DNA of 59,619 nucleotides, taken from Chiloscyllium plagiosum. Its lineage: Eukaryota. The stretch's first letter is position 1; the number at the start of each line of letters is the position of its first letter. Below, piece after piece: positions 37,121 through 49,121 of this stretch. A program made the position numbers and the translations under genes. A model generated the notes under the pieces. The model was not told where the DNA came from. It ran no database searches and saw nothing but the letters and a program-made list of their open reading frames with translations. The stretch lies in NCBI RefSeq assembly GCF_004010195.1, contig NC_057725.1, positions 20,486,239 to 20,545,857 on the forward strand, in the 5' to 3' direction.

Positions 37121-39960
37121 ACCAGCAGCTCAGACACAGACACCGCAGTGGGATCCCAGCAACTCAGATACTGACACCGCAGTGGGAACTCAGCAGCTCA
37201 GATACTGACACCACGGTGGGATCTCAGCAGCTCAGATACAGACACCGCAGTGGGATCTCAGCAGCTCAGATACTGACACTGCAATGGGATCCCAGTAGCT
37301 CAGATACACACACTGCGGTGGGAACCCAGCAGCTCAGATACAGACACCGTAGTGGGATCCCAGCAGCTCAGATACTGACACTGCAATGGGATCCCAGCAG
37401 CTCAGATACAGATACCGTAGTGGGAACCCAGCAGCTCAGATACAGACACCGCAGTGGGAATCCAGCAGCTCAGATACTGACACCGCAGTGGGAACTTGAC
37501 AACTCAGATACAGACACCACAGTGGGAGCCCAGCAGCTCAGATACAGACACCGCAGTGGCAACCCAGCAGCTCAGATACAGACACCGCAGTGGGAACCCG
37601 CAGCTCAGATACAGACACCGCAGTGGGAAGCCAGCAGCTCAGATACAGACACCGCAGTGGGAACCCAGCAGCTCAGATACAGACACCGCAGTGGGAATCC
37701 AGCAGCTCAGTAACACACATCGCGGTGGGAACCCAGCAGCTCAGATACAGACACCGTAGTGGGAACCCAGCAGCTCAGATACAAACACCGCGGTGGGAAC
37801 TCAGCAGCTCAGATACTGACACCACGGTGGGAACCCAGCAGCTCAGATACACACACCGTAGTGGGAACCCAGCAGCTCAGATACAGACACCGCAGTGGGA
37901 TCCTAGCAGCTCAGATACAAACACTGCAGTGGGAACCCAGCAGCTCAGATACAACATCGTGGTGGGATCCCAGCAGCCCAGATACACACACCGCAGTGGG
38001 AACCCAGCAGCTCAGATATAAACACTGCGGTGGAATCCCAGCAGCTCAGATACACACACCGCAGTGGAAACCCAGCAACTCAGATACAAACACCGCAGTG
38101 GGAACCCAGCAGCTCAGATACAGACACCATAGTGGGAACCCAGCAGCTCAGATACAGACACCGCAGTGGGATCCTAGCAGCTCAGATACAGACACCACGA
38201 TGGGAACCCAGCAGCTCAGATACAACACCGTGGTGGGATCCCAGCAGCTCAGATACAACACCATGGTGGGATCCCAGCAGCTCAGATACAACACCGTGGT
38301 GGGATGCCAGCAGCTCAGATACACACACCGCAGTGGGAACCCAGCAGCTCAGATATAAACACTGCAGTGGAATCCCAGCAGCTCAGATACACACACCGCA
38401 GTGGAAACCCAGCAACTCAGATACAGACACCGTGGTGGGAACCCAGCAGCTCAAATACCAACACCGCAGTGCAAACTCAGTAGCTCAGATACACACACTG
38501 CAGTGGGAACCCAGCAGCTCAGATACACACACCACGATGGGAACCCAGCAGCTCAGATACTCACAGCGTGGTGGGAACCCAGCAGCTCAAATACACACAC
38601 CGTGTTGGGAATCCAGCAGCTCAGATACACACCCTATCTTGGGAACCCAGCAGCTCTGATACAGACACCGCAGCAGGAACCCAGCAGCTCAGATACACAC
38701 ACCGCAGTGGTAACCCAGCAGCTCAGATACTGACACCGCAGTGGGAACCCAGCAGCTCAGATACTCACACCGCAGTGAGAACCCAGCAGCTCAGATACAG
38801 AACCACGGTGGGAACCCAGCAGCTCAGATACAACACCGTGGTGGAATCCCAGCAGTTCAGATACAGACACCGCAGTGGGAACCCAGCAGCTCAGATTCAC
38901 ACACCGTGGTGGGAATCCAGCAGCTCAGATACACACCCCATCTTGGGAACCCAGCAGCTCTGATACAGACACCACAGTGGGAACCCAGCAGCTCAGATAC
39001 AGACACCACAGTGGGAACCCAGCAGCTCAGATACAGACACCACAGTGGGAACCCAACAGCTCAGATACTCACAACGTGTTGGGAATCCAGCAGCTCAGAT
39101 ACACACCCCATGTTGGGAACCCAGCAGCTTAGATACAAACACCGCAGCAGGAACCCAGCAGCTCAGATACACACACCGGAGTGGTAACCCAGCAGCTCAG
39201 ATACTGACACCGCGGTGGTAACCCAGCAGCTCAGATACAGACACCGCAGTGGGAACCCAGCAGCTCAGATACCACACAACACAGTGGGAACCCAGCAGTT
39301 TAGATACACACACCGCAGTTGGAACCCAGCAGCTCAAATACTCACAGCGTGGTGGGAACCCAGCAGCTCAGATACACACACTGCAGTGGGAACCCAGCAG
39401 CTCAGATATACACACCGCAGTGGGAACCCAGCAGCTCAGATACAGACACCACAGTGGGAACCCAGCAGCTCAGATATTCACACCGTGTTGGGAATCCAGC
39501 AGCTCAGATACACACTCCATGTTGGGAACCCAGCAGCTCAGATACAGACACCACAGCAGGAACCCAGCAGCTCAGATACAGACACCGCAGTGGGAACCCA
39601 GCAGCTCAGATACAAACACTACGGTGGTAACCCAGCAGCTCAGATACAGACACCGCAGTGGGAACCCAGCAGCTCAGATACAAACACCGCAGTGGGAACC
39701 CAGCAGCTCAGATACAGACACCGAAGTGGGAACCCAGCAGCTCAGATACAGACACCGCAAGTGGTAACCCAGCAGCTCAGATTCAGACACCGCAGTGGGA
39801 ACTCAGCAGCTCAGATACAAACACTGCAGTGGGAACCCAGCAGCTCAGATACAGACACCGCAGTGGGAACCCAGCAGCTCAGTTACAGACACCACGGTGG
39901 TAACCCAGCAGCTCAGATACTGACACCGCAGTGGGAACTTGACAACTCAGATACCGGCAC
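37121..39960 (+). repeat. Minisatellite, 34-bp unit ccagcagctcagatacagacaccgcagtgggaac, about 80 copies
   Basis: Direct tandem periodicity. Overlapping ORFs in all three plus frames have a 34-aa (3-unit) period. Confidence 0.97.
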
Positions 39961-42514
39961 CGCTCTGAGAATGTCAGCCTTTGAAAGTTTGGGCTGGGAC
40001 CTCACTGCAATAGTTGGCTGAGGAAAAGCCTGATGCTGCCTGATCGGCGTACTTTTCCAGTATCACACATTTTGACTGAAGAAAGACATGGGCCAGGCCA
40101 CAGTTATTGGGGGAATGCCGTAGTCTAGGCACCTGCTCAGGCCAAAGCAGGAGAGGACCCTATAGTGATGACAAATTCATCCATGTTCTGCTGCATGTGG
40201 AAGCAAGATGAAGAAGACATATATGAGACAATGGCCCACTGCCCCTCACTTATTATCTAGCCTGTCGGCCTAGAAGTGTCGATGTAAATGAAGTGGTCAG
40301 CAATGCCAGGGGCAGAGAAGTGTACAGTAGACAGGGAGCTAATGCCTTGGGATTCAGGAGCTCTTAGCTATGTGTCATGTATAATGCATTGAGCTGTGTG
40401 TAATATTCTTGCTCTCTAAAAGGCCTTGTATTGGTGGGTCTTGTTGCTTCCTCCTTCACAGATCAAGGCACTTACCTTACCCACTCCAGATATGGTCACA
40501 GCCAGTTTCTTTCCCCTATCATACTTTCTATTTCCAACACAATGGAAGGTGACTACGAAAAGTCTTTGGACAGCAGTTGCCAGGCTTCACCTTCTACATG
40601 TTGGTGAGGACCTTGAGCGTCCAAATCAATTTCCTGGACTGCCCTGCCTGTAAATCTATCTGCAAGAGGCTTCAGATGCCCATCGTTTTACCCCAAAGCC
40701 CCCTGCACATGAGGTGACCATGCCAGGTGTGGTCAGACACTGTCACTCCCACCTCACGTGCTCCTGACCATGAACAGCCTCCACATCTCTACCCCCACAT
40801 TTCCCCATTCCTATCCATACTTTACCATGTTCCCACTTCCATTGTAAATGCAACTGTCCCCCTCAACCCGGTTCACAACTGTCATCTCTATTCCCCACAG
40901 TCTGCAGCCCACAATCCCACTCCCCACAAACAGGTTGTTGAGTCTCTTTCCTGTGGCATTAGCACTCCTCGTTCCCCCCATTGTCACCCTCACCCTACTT
41001 TTTCTCTCAGCTTCTCTGGACAGAGCTGTGGAACTGGTCCTTACGGAGTGTGCCCTGAGATATTGTTTCGTGCTGAGTAACATGGAGTTTCCTGGCAGCC
41101 AACTCCAAGCTGAAATTGCTAGGTATTTGTTCTGACTTTCATGTCAAGGATTCTCAATGTCTAGTTTGTTAGGTGCTGCACACTAATAAAACATTTAACA
41201 AGCATTAATTCCACTCAGTTGGCAACTTGTTGCTTTTGAGCAAGAAGCTTAACTTTACACATGGCAGATTCATAAAAAGATGCAGCAAGTTGCTCTGGAA
41301 GTTAAGATAGGCCTACTCAATGCAATGATAGTGCTATTCACTATCTCCAAACATTAACTAAACAGGTAACAGGATCAAAAACAAGACCTTGCGATATTGT
41401 TTAATAGGAATCAACTGCAAATGGGTGAATGCACCAACACCTTTGATATTGCAGATCGATTCATTTCACACAGGGTGGTTTGCAGCTTGTGTAACATTGT
41501 CAGTGTTCTGCGCTGTAGCTTCAAAAGATTTGGGAGTGTAAATTTTTAATTCTGTTCTTGTGTTTGACAATGACTGACAGACAGTTCAGATGCTTGATTG
41601 GGCACCTGCATAAAATAATAACAGGTTGACGTTATTCACATTTGATACTGCCTTACTCTTCCCTTCCCCCACCCAGACTATAAAATAAGGGGAATCTTCA
41701 ATGTGAAACTGATGGTGCTCGAAAATGCACCGTGATGTCGATGGGGATTTAAAATGTGCTGGTGACTGGAGGGCCACTCATGTATCCCAAAGCAAAATAA
41801 AAATACAATACAAATCTGCAGGAGAAGCACAGATATGAGGAAACCACTGTAAATGCATCACCCCAACCAGGTAGGTCAGCTCCTGATGAATCCTTTGTCA
41901 ACTTGTAAATTTCACCCATGAAATGATGGCGGCTGACAGTGAAATGTCGGGAATTCTGACCTTTCATGTCATGCCTTACATTTGCACATGCACACAAGTG
42001 AAGGGAAAACTGAACAGATGGACTGGAGATTTCATCAAAATGCAAATGAGGCAGAAATGTTTCAGGAGTGGGGCCCCACCCTACAATTCAATATTAAAAT
42101 GGAAATTTAGTTATCTTGCCTAAATAAAATGGGCTTTTGGTCCCACTAATCCTCGTTGATAAAATCGGCTTTCTTGCAGTATACATTTGTCAAATGTGAG
42201 ACTTCAGATTCCCACAAGTGCTTCCTGGCTGCAGATTTCACCCCTTGTAGGTCACTATGAGGTTGAACCAGACCATGTTTTAATCAGTAAGGTGATTAAA
42301 GGCTATGGGGAAAGGGCAAGAAAGTGGAGCCGAGGTGAATTAGATCAGCCACGATCTCATTGAATACAGATCAGGCTTGATGGGCTGAATGGCCTACTTC
42401 TGTTCCTATATCTTACAGTCTGATGACCACTCATAATCTCAACCCAGCCTGAGCAGACCTACCGATCACTTTATCACTAAAATCGCCTACTTCAGTCTCT
42501 GGTGGGAATGTGTT

Positions 42515-43300
42515 TTGTGAAGATAATGCAAAGAGGCATTAAAAGGGTTTGTGCAAGCTGAGACTGGGTAATGTAGATAAGTGTGAGGTTATCCACGTTG
42601 GTAAGAGGAATATTTCTTAAACATTGAGAGGTTGGGAATTGTTAATGTCTAAAGGGTTTATGTCATAATAAGTGAACATGAAAGCACAGCAAGCAATTAG
42701 GCAAGGGAGCAGTATGTTGTCTTTCATTGGAAAAGGATTTGAGTGCAGGAGTAAAGATACCTTGCTGTAATTGGATAGAACTGTGGGAAGACTGTATCTT
42801 GAGTATTGTGTGCAGTTTTGATCTGCTGACCTAGCAAAGCATATAATTTTCACAGAAGGAGTGGAGCACTTAAGAGATTGGTTGTTGGGATAATGGGATT
42901 GTCCTGTGAGGAGAGATTCAGGAGACTAGTCCTGTACTCTAGAGTTTAAAAAAAGAGAGGTAATATCATGAAAACTTTTTAAAAATTTTAGAGGGCTAAA
43001 CAGGATATTTGTAGAAAGGAAATCTTCCTGTATTGGGGTCTAGAACCAGGGTGCACAGAATGATGGGCAATTTGTTTTGGACTGGGATGAGAAAGACTTT
43101 CTTCAATTAGAAGGTGCTGAGTCTTTGGAATTCTTTCCTCCAGAGGAGTTTGGAAGATCAGTCTAAGATCAGGATTGATAGATTTCTAGATACTAACAAA
43201 GTCATGGCATATCAAAATAGTGCAGGAATATTGCATTGAGGTAGATTTGAATGGTGGAGCAGCCTTGAAGGGCTAAATGGCTTAATCCTTTTCTTATGTA
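42515..43300 (+). mobile_element. Degenerate CR1 3' fragment
   Basis: NVDKCEVIH, LEYCVQF.S and WNS.PQ remnants. Confidence 0.75.
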
Positions 43301-44194
43301 ATATTCTACCTTCTCAGCCAATCTGTTGCTAAAATCCTAAGTTACTACCTCCAGATTTGACAACTCTAATGCTGAGCTGGCTGCTCTTCCCTAGACCAGC
43401 CTCCATAAATTTTAGCTCATCACGATCTCTGCTGCTTCCATCTCTAACTCAGTAGACTTGCTTGAGTCCACAGTACTGCAATTGCTGATCTACAAAGGAT
43501 CCCTTAAACCTTAAATTCTCAACTTTGTGCAATCTACCCCCATCAATGCACCCCTTTTGATCTCTGTAACCTCACCAGTTGTAAAGTCTTATAAAATCCC
43601 TCCCCTCCTCCTGTGCTGATCTTTTGTATGTCCTTGATTTACGTTGCCCCACTATTAGCCTTTGGTTGCGTAGGATATAAATTTTGAATTTCCCTATTCA
43701 GGATTCCCTCCTGTTCGCGCCTCTTTCTTCTCTTCTAAGTTGCTCCACAAAACTGTCTTATCTGACCAGATTTTTTGACACTTGTCCTTTCTTTAAGTGC
43801 ATGTCCTTCACTATATTAAAGACACTGCCTAAATGCATGTTGCTGTCATTGTTTCTTGGCTGACTTCATTATGGTCATAATTTCCTCTAAAAAATGATAA
43901 TTTTCCTTGTGGAATGTAGTATTCCGAATTCTAGCATGCAACCTGCAATCATAATCAAATAGTGAAAGTTTTCAGCAGAAGAAACTTTCAAATAACTTTC
44001 AAATTTGTAGCTTTTCAGGAGGTCAAAAACCTCCAACAGGAAATGGAGGCAGGAATGTAGAGAAGTTCCCCCTTCCAAGCAATTCCCCAATTTTTTGGAA
44101 GGTCGAATGTCACAGAGCTTCTTTAAAGTAATATGCCATTTTATTAAGTTCTTCCAATGTGTTCTGTATTTCAATATCTTCCATCCTCATAATT

Positions 44195-44550
44195 AAAAAA
44201 TTACACAACACCAGCTTCTAGTCTAACAGGTTTATTTGGAGGCACTAGCTTTCAAAGCACTGCTTCTTCATCAGGTGGTTGTGGAGCAGAATCATATGAC
44301 ACAGAATTTATTGCAACAGGATTGCAGTGTCATGGAATATAATACTAAACAAACTTAACTTTAATCTTACATTCCATGCCACTGCAATCCTGTTGCCACA
44401 AATTCAGTGTTGTATGATTCTGTTCCATAACTACCTGATGAAGAAGCAGTGCTTCAGAAGCTAGTGCCTCCAAATAAACTTATTGGACTATAACCTGATG
44501 TTGTGTGACTTTTAAACTTCGCCCACCCCAGTCCAACAACAGCACTTCCA
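44195..44550. mobile_element. Fold-back Penelope-type element (third family)
   Basis: Inverted arms of about 140 bp around about 44340-44370, each carrying a CTGATGA..GAAAGCTA-type core. Confidence 0.8.
44243..44277 (-). ncRNA. Minimal hammerhead ribozyme core
   Basis: CAC-CTGATGA-AGAAGC-AGT-GCTTT-GAAA-GCTA-GTG. Stem I is CAC/GTG, stem III is the palindrome AGCT, and the triplet is CUA. Confidence 0.68.
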
Positions 44551-44589
44551 AATCTATTTTCATAGATATTTACAAACATTCACTACACA

Positions 44590-47385
44590 TTTAAATTAGT
44601 AATTTTACTAATGTACAAGGACTTTCTCTGCAAAGCTATATTCCAGCAGGAGACGTGTGACAGTCTCTAACCTAGAATCACCTCCCCCCCCAACACAGCC
44701 ACTTCGAGGGCAGCATGTCATCTGCAGTGAGTGTGGGCGTACATGAAGAATCTCACAGGCAGTGTCCTTCTCGCCACCAGACAAGCGATGTCTTGCTTGT
44801 TGGAAAGTTCTGGTGATGAGGCATTCTACCAAATGACAGTCTGCTCAGAGAACAACTTGACAGGATGCACCCTCCTATTTTCCCAAAGTGTCTTGAGGAC
44901 ACTACATAGAACATATAGCATAGAACATAGAACATTACAGTGCAGTACAGGCCCTTTGGCCCTCGGTGTTGCACCATCTATGAAACCAATCTGTAGTCCA
45001 TCTAACCTACACTATTCCATTCTTATCCACATGCTTATCCAATGACCATTTAAATTCCCTTAAAGTTGGCGAGTCTACTACTGTCGCAGGTAGTGCATTC
45101 CATGTCCCTACTATTCTTTGAATAAAGAAACTACCTCTGACATCTGTCCTAAATCAACCAACCCTCAATTTAAAGCTATTTCCCCTTGTGCTAGCCATTA
45201 CCATCCGAGGAAAAACGTTCTCACTATCCAACCTATCTAACCCTCTAATTATCTTCTATGTCTCAATTAAGTCATCTCTCAACCTTCTCCTCGCAAACAA
45301 AAACAGTCTCAAGACCCTCAGCCTTCCCTCGTAAGACCTTCCCTCCATACCAGGCAACATCCTAGTAAATCCCCTCTGAACCCTTTCCAAAGCTTCCACA
45401 TCCTTCCTATAAAAACTGTTATAGTTAGAAAAATGTTCTAGTCAAGCACATTGTCCTGTTCCTAATAAATTGCTTAATCCGTACTTACTAACCACTTCCT
45501 GATGGCCTTGTGGTCAAAGATGTTTATCTTTGCAAATTTATCACAGATGACATGGAATGTTCCAACTACTTGGGAGTGTTCCCAGGTGCTGAGGGCAGAC
45601 CCATCCTTCGCAACACCAAGGACAGGTAGAACCTCAGTACATAGTGACACTTGGTATTTATGCACTGAGGGTCTATGCACAGCTTGATGCAGCTGCACAC
45701 AAGGTGGCCATCAGGATGCGGGCAGAATTGCATATGTTCCTCCTCCCGCTTATCCAGAACTTTGCACATGGTGTCTCTGCAGACACGGTCCATTTTAGAC
45801 CTCCCAGTAAAGTGGAAAATGGTTCAAGTGACTGCAATGGCACAGTTTCTAGGAATGGTTCAGGCCCACGCCAGGTACAATAACAGAGTACCTGATGACC
45901 AGGTTTTTCAACCACAGTGGAGAGAGAGAGGTGCTCCTAAAGGTCTGGTTTCTGCCTCACCTTGACAATGTGCTCTTCCCAAATTTGTGTGCATACCCCA
46001 GCCCCTCTGAATCATATTCCTCCCACCTTCAGGTAATCTGTCCTGATGGTGAAAGGGATAAAGAATCAGTCAGCCCAGTTCCCAAAGAACATGGCCTGGC
46101 TCTTACCACAATTTACCAAGGCAGGTTTGAACTGGTCACATTGCAGATAAGTCTGCGCACTGACATTGGATCCAAGCAAGGAATAGCAACGTCATCCATG
46201 TACAGGGGAGGCTCTGACCTGCAGGCCTCCACTGCCTGAAATTGTCACTTCTCTCAGGCTTACATCTTTCCTGATGGACTCAGCACACACAAACTGGACA
46301 GGAGAGAGCATGGTAGCCCTGCCTAACTCTAGATCTGATCGGGAAGCTTTCTGATTCTCGTCCCTTGATTGAGACTGCATTAATGATGTTGGTACAGAGC
46401 AAGTCGGATCCAATCGCAGATTCCCTACCCAAAGCCCTTTTTGGAAGGCCTTCTCCTGGTCCAGGTTGATGAAGCAGGAGTCCACTCTCTCTGTTCTGCA
46501 CATAGGCGATTGTATCCCTGAGGAGTGTGAGGCTATCAGAGATCGTGCAGCCCTGTACAGCACAGGTTTGATCGGGATGAATCACTGATCCCAAAGCAGA
46601 TCTGACCCAGTTGGTGATGACCTTAGACAGAATTTTGTCATCCACATTTAACAATGAAATTGGTCACCGATTGCCAATTTTCTCCCACTCTCCCTTCCAC
46701 TTGTAGGTGAGGGTGATGATACCTTTTCTCATGGATTCACATATGCTATCTCCCAGAAGCATACCTCCAGCAGATCTTGGCAGTTTACTCTTTTCTAAAG
46801 ACTCGAGAGCTTTGGTCAGCTCATCAACAGATAACGGCTGCTCCAGCCTCTCCCTTGTGCATCCATCTAAGACCTCTGTGATAGAGGACAGGAACAACTG
46901 GGAGGCTGTGCCGTCTGTGGGCTTGGTGTCGTACAGTCTGGCATACACTCTGATCCTCAGGATATCAGACTGAGATGACATCACTGAACCATTTTCTTCC
47001 TTCAGGCTGCTGAGCACAGGGCTCTTTTTGTGCACTTTCTGGAAGAAGAAACTTGAGCACATCTCATCCTGCCTCATAATGTGGACCCTGGACCAGAAGA
47101 TTACCTTGGAGACCTCTGAGGCAAAGAGCGAGGTTTTTGGAGATCCTCCCTGATATTGACCCCCATCGTCTACAGCAGGCGTAGGTTCTGCATGTCTTTC
47201 TGGGGTTTGGACAGCTCCACCACCACCACCCCCCTCCACCCGTCTCCCTTTTTCTCTCTCCCCTCTCTCGCCTTCTGAACACCTTTGAGGATAAAGAACC
47301 TCTTGATGTTCCCTTTGACTGTTTCCCACCTGTTCACCGGAGACTCAAACAGGGACTTCATGTTTCCCTAACCTGTGTAATCTCT
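44590..47385 (-). mobile_element. Tx1/L1-clade retrotransposon ORF2 remnant
   Basis: WETVKGNIKRFF, CSSFFFQKVHK, LNVDDKILSKVI...IHPDQTCAV, LDQEKAF, GVRQG and C-terminal CPRSGC...ETVTRLLLE remnants. Confidence 0.88.
44905..45410 (-). mobile_element. CR1 3' fragment inserted in the Tx1 element
   Basis: (atagaac)n tail at about 44905-44932; closely similar to 13270-13760. Confidence 0.88.
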
Positions 47386-47389
47386 TTTA

Positions 47390-47815
47390 ACTGGAATATG
47401 CAGACCATGATCACACTGAGATTGGAAACTGTTGGACCAATATCGCACTGGGATTGATCAGAATCTACAGGGGCCAGGATCACAGTGGGATTAACCGGAA
47501 TCTGCAGGGACATGTATCACACTGGGATTGACTGGAATCTCCAGAGACCTGTATCACACTGGGATTGACCGGAATCTGCAGGGACCTGTATCACACTAGG
47601 ATTGACCAGGATCTTCAGGGACCTGTATCACACTGGGATTGACCAGAATCTGCAGGGGCCAGGGTCACAGTGGGATTAACTGGAATCTGCAGGGACATGT
47701 ATCACACTGGGATTGATTGGAATCTGCAGGGACTTGTATCACACTGGGATTGACCGGAATCTGCAGGGACCTGTATCACACTGGGATTAACTGGAATCTG
47801 CAGAGACCAGGGTCA
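47390..47815 (+). repeat. Minisatellite, 37-bp unit gggattgaccggaatctgcagggacctgtatcacact, about 11 copies
   Basis: Direct tandem periodicity. Confidence 0.93.
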
Positions 47816-47864
47816 GTGTGAGGATGGGCTATCTACCAAGATCCATCAGAAATCCTCCAGACTT

Positions 47865-48030
47865 TATCCTGCGATCCATTTGGACGGTTTTGGCTCCGCC
47901 CCCTGTGTCCTTCGCCGCCCTGCGATTGGTGAAGCTCCGAAATTGAATTTGCATTGTGGAATGCGATTGGATTTGGGTGGGATTGACAGGGACCCGGGCG
48001 GGGCGGAGCGGAGCCGGCGTCAAATAGAAA
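47865..48030 (+). promoter_or_regulatory. ABTB2 TATA-less CpG promoter
   Basis: GC boxes (ccgccc twice, gggcggggcgg) and two gcgATTGG inverted CCAAT boxes. CpG-rich sequence continues through exon 1 to about 49120. Confidence 0.7.
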
Positions 48031-48531
48031 AATTGGGCAGAACAGGAGAATGAAGGTGAACAATGAATGGATTGGGAGTCCTGAGGTTGTCAGGATAGCG
48101 GTGTCCAGTCATTACGCTTGCAGTGTGTTTGGACAGGAGTTTTACAATTGCAGTGGTGTTATTTAAAAAAAAAGACATTCCCAGATAACTTGGGGGATAG
48201 TTCTGCCTTCCCTCTGAAATTGAAGTGAAGGACGGGAGTTTTAAAAAAGTTTTGTTTTGGGCAAAAAAAAAGTTCGGTCGGAGAAGCTTTGAATTGGATA
48301 CCTTTGTGGGAAAGAAAATCTTGTTTTAAACAAAAAAAAAGCAGGAAGATTCGCTGCAGAACTTGAAACGGTCTGTATCCTCCTCACACAGGGGGAGTTA
48401 ACAAAAAGAAAGAGGAAAAAAAAACTCAGCGCTTTTATGTCGTGGGGAAAATAGAAAAGAGAGAGTTGGAGAGCGACCCCGATCGCAGCGGAATTGGCCA
48501 GGAATTGAGCAAACAGTTCCAAAGCTGCACA

Positions 48532-49121
48532 ATGGCCGGATTGTACAACCCGACCCTGAAGACTCTTGAAGATCTGACTCTGGACTCGGGTTATGGAGCA
48601 GGGGATTCCTGCAGGTCGCTCAGTCTCTCCTCTTCCAGATCCAACTCGCAGGCCCTGCAGTCAGCTCACCGGGGGAACTGGTGGTACCTGTCCGGCTCCA
48701 TGAACAGCCGCAACAACAGCTGGGACACTGTCAACACGGTGTTGCCCGAGGAGCCGGAACTCGGCGACATCTTCTTCAAATGCCCCCGGCTCCCGGAGCT
48801 CGAGGAGTTCCCCTGGACCGAGGAGGACGTGGGCAAGCTGCTGCGGAAAGGGCGAGCCGCCGGGGAGGCTGGCAAACTCTTCTCGCAGGAAGCGGTGAGG
48901 CGCCTGTCCATGCTGCTCAGGAGGGCTCTGCTCCGGGTCACCAGGGAAGCTCAGAGGCTCAGCGTCGTCCACTGCAAATGCACCAGGTTCGAGATACACA
49001 GCGCCATCCGGCTCGTCCTGTCCTGGTCCCTGTCCGAGAGCTGTGTCTCCGCTTCAGTCAAAGCCCTGTCCCTGTACAACATGAGCGCTGGGGACCGGCT
49101 GCGGAAAAGCAAGAGTTCCAG
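48532..49121 (+). CDS. ABTB2: ABTB2 (ankyrin repeat and BTB/POZ domain protein 2), coding exon 1
   Basis: [35 protein letters not shown]...[14 protein letters not shown]...[20 protein letters not shown](R). Kozak context acaATGg; donor AG|gtacct, phase 2. Confidence 0.93.

Noticed and set aside
37121-39960. CRISPR-like look (conserved flanks, variable middle) and many long repeat ORFs
   Set aside because: The variable parts are point variants of one unit rather than unique spacers, there are no cas genes, and the context is vertebrate. The ORFs arise because the unit lacks plus-strand stops.
40020-41140. Possible Harbinger transposase remnant after the array
   Set aside because: No convincing DDE/HARBI1 motif could be read.
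1-47800. Catalase exons, expected from human ABTB2-CAT head-to-head synteny
   Set aside because: I could not recognise any catalase-coding sequence in this window.
48442-48531. N-terminal extension of the ABTB2 ORF in the track
   Set aside because: It begins at GTG. Homology and the Kozak context start at ATG 48532.
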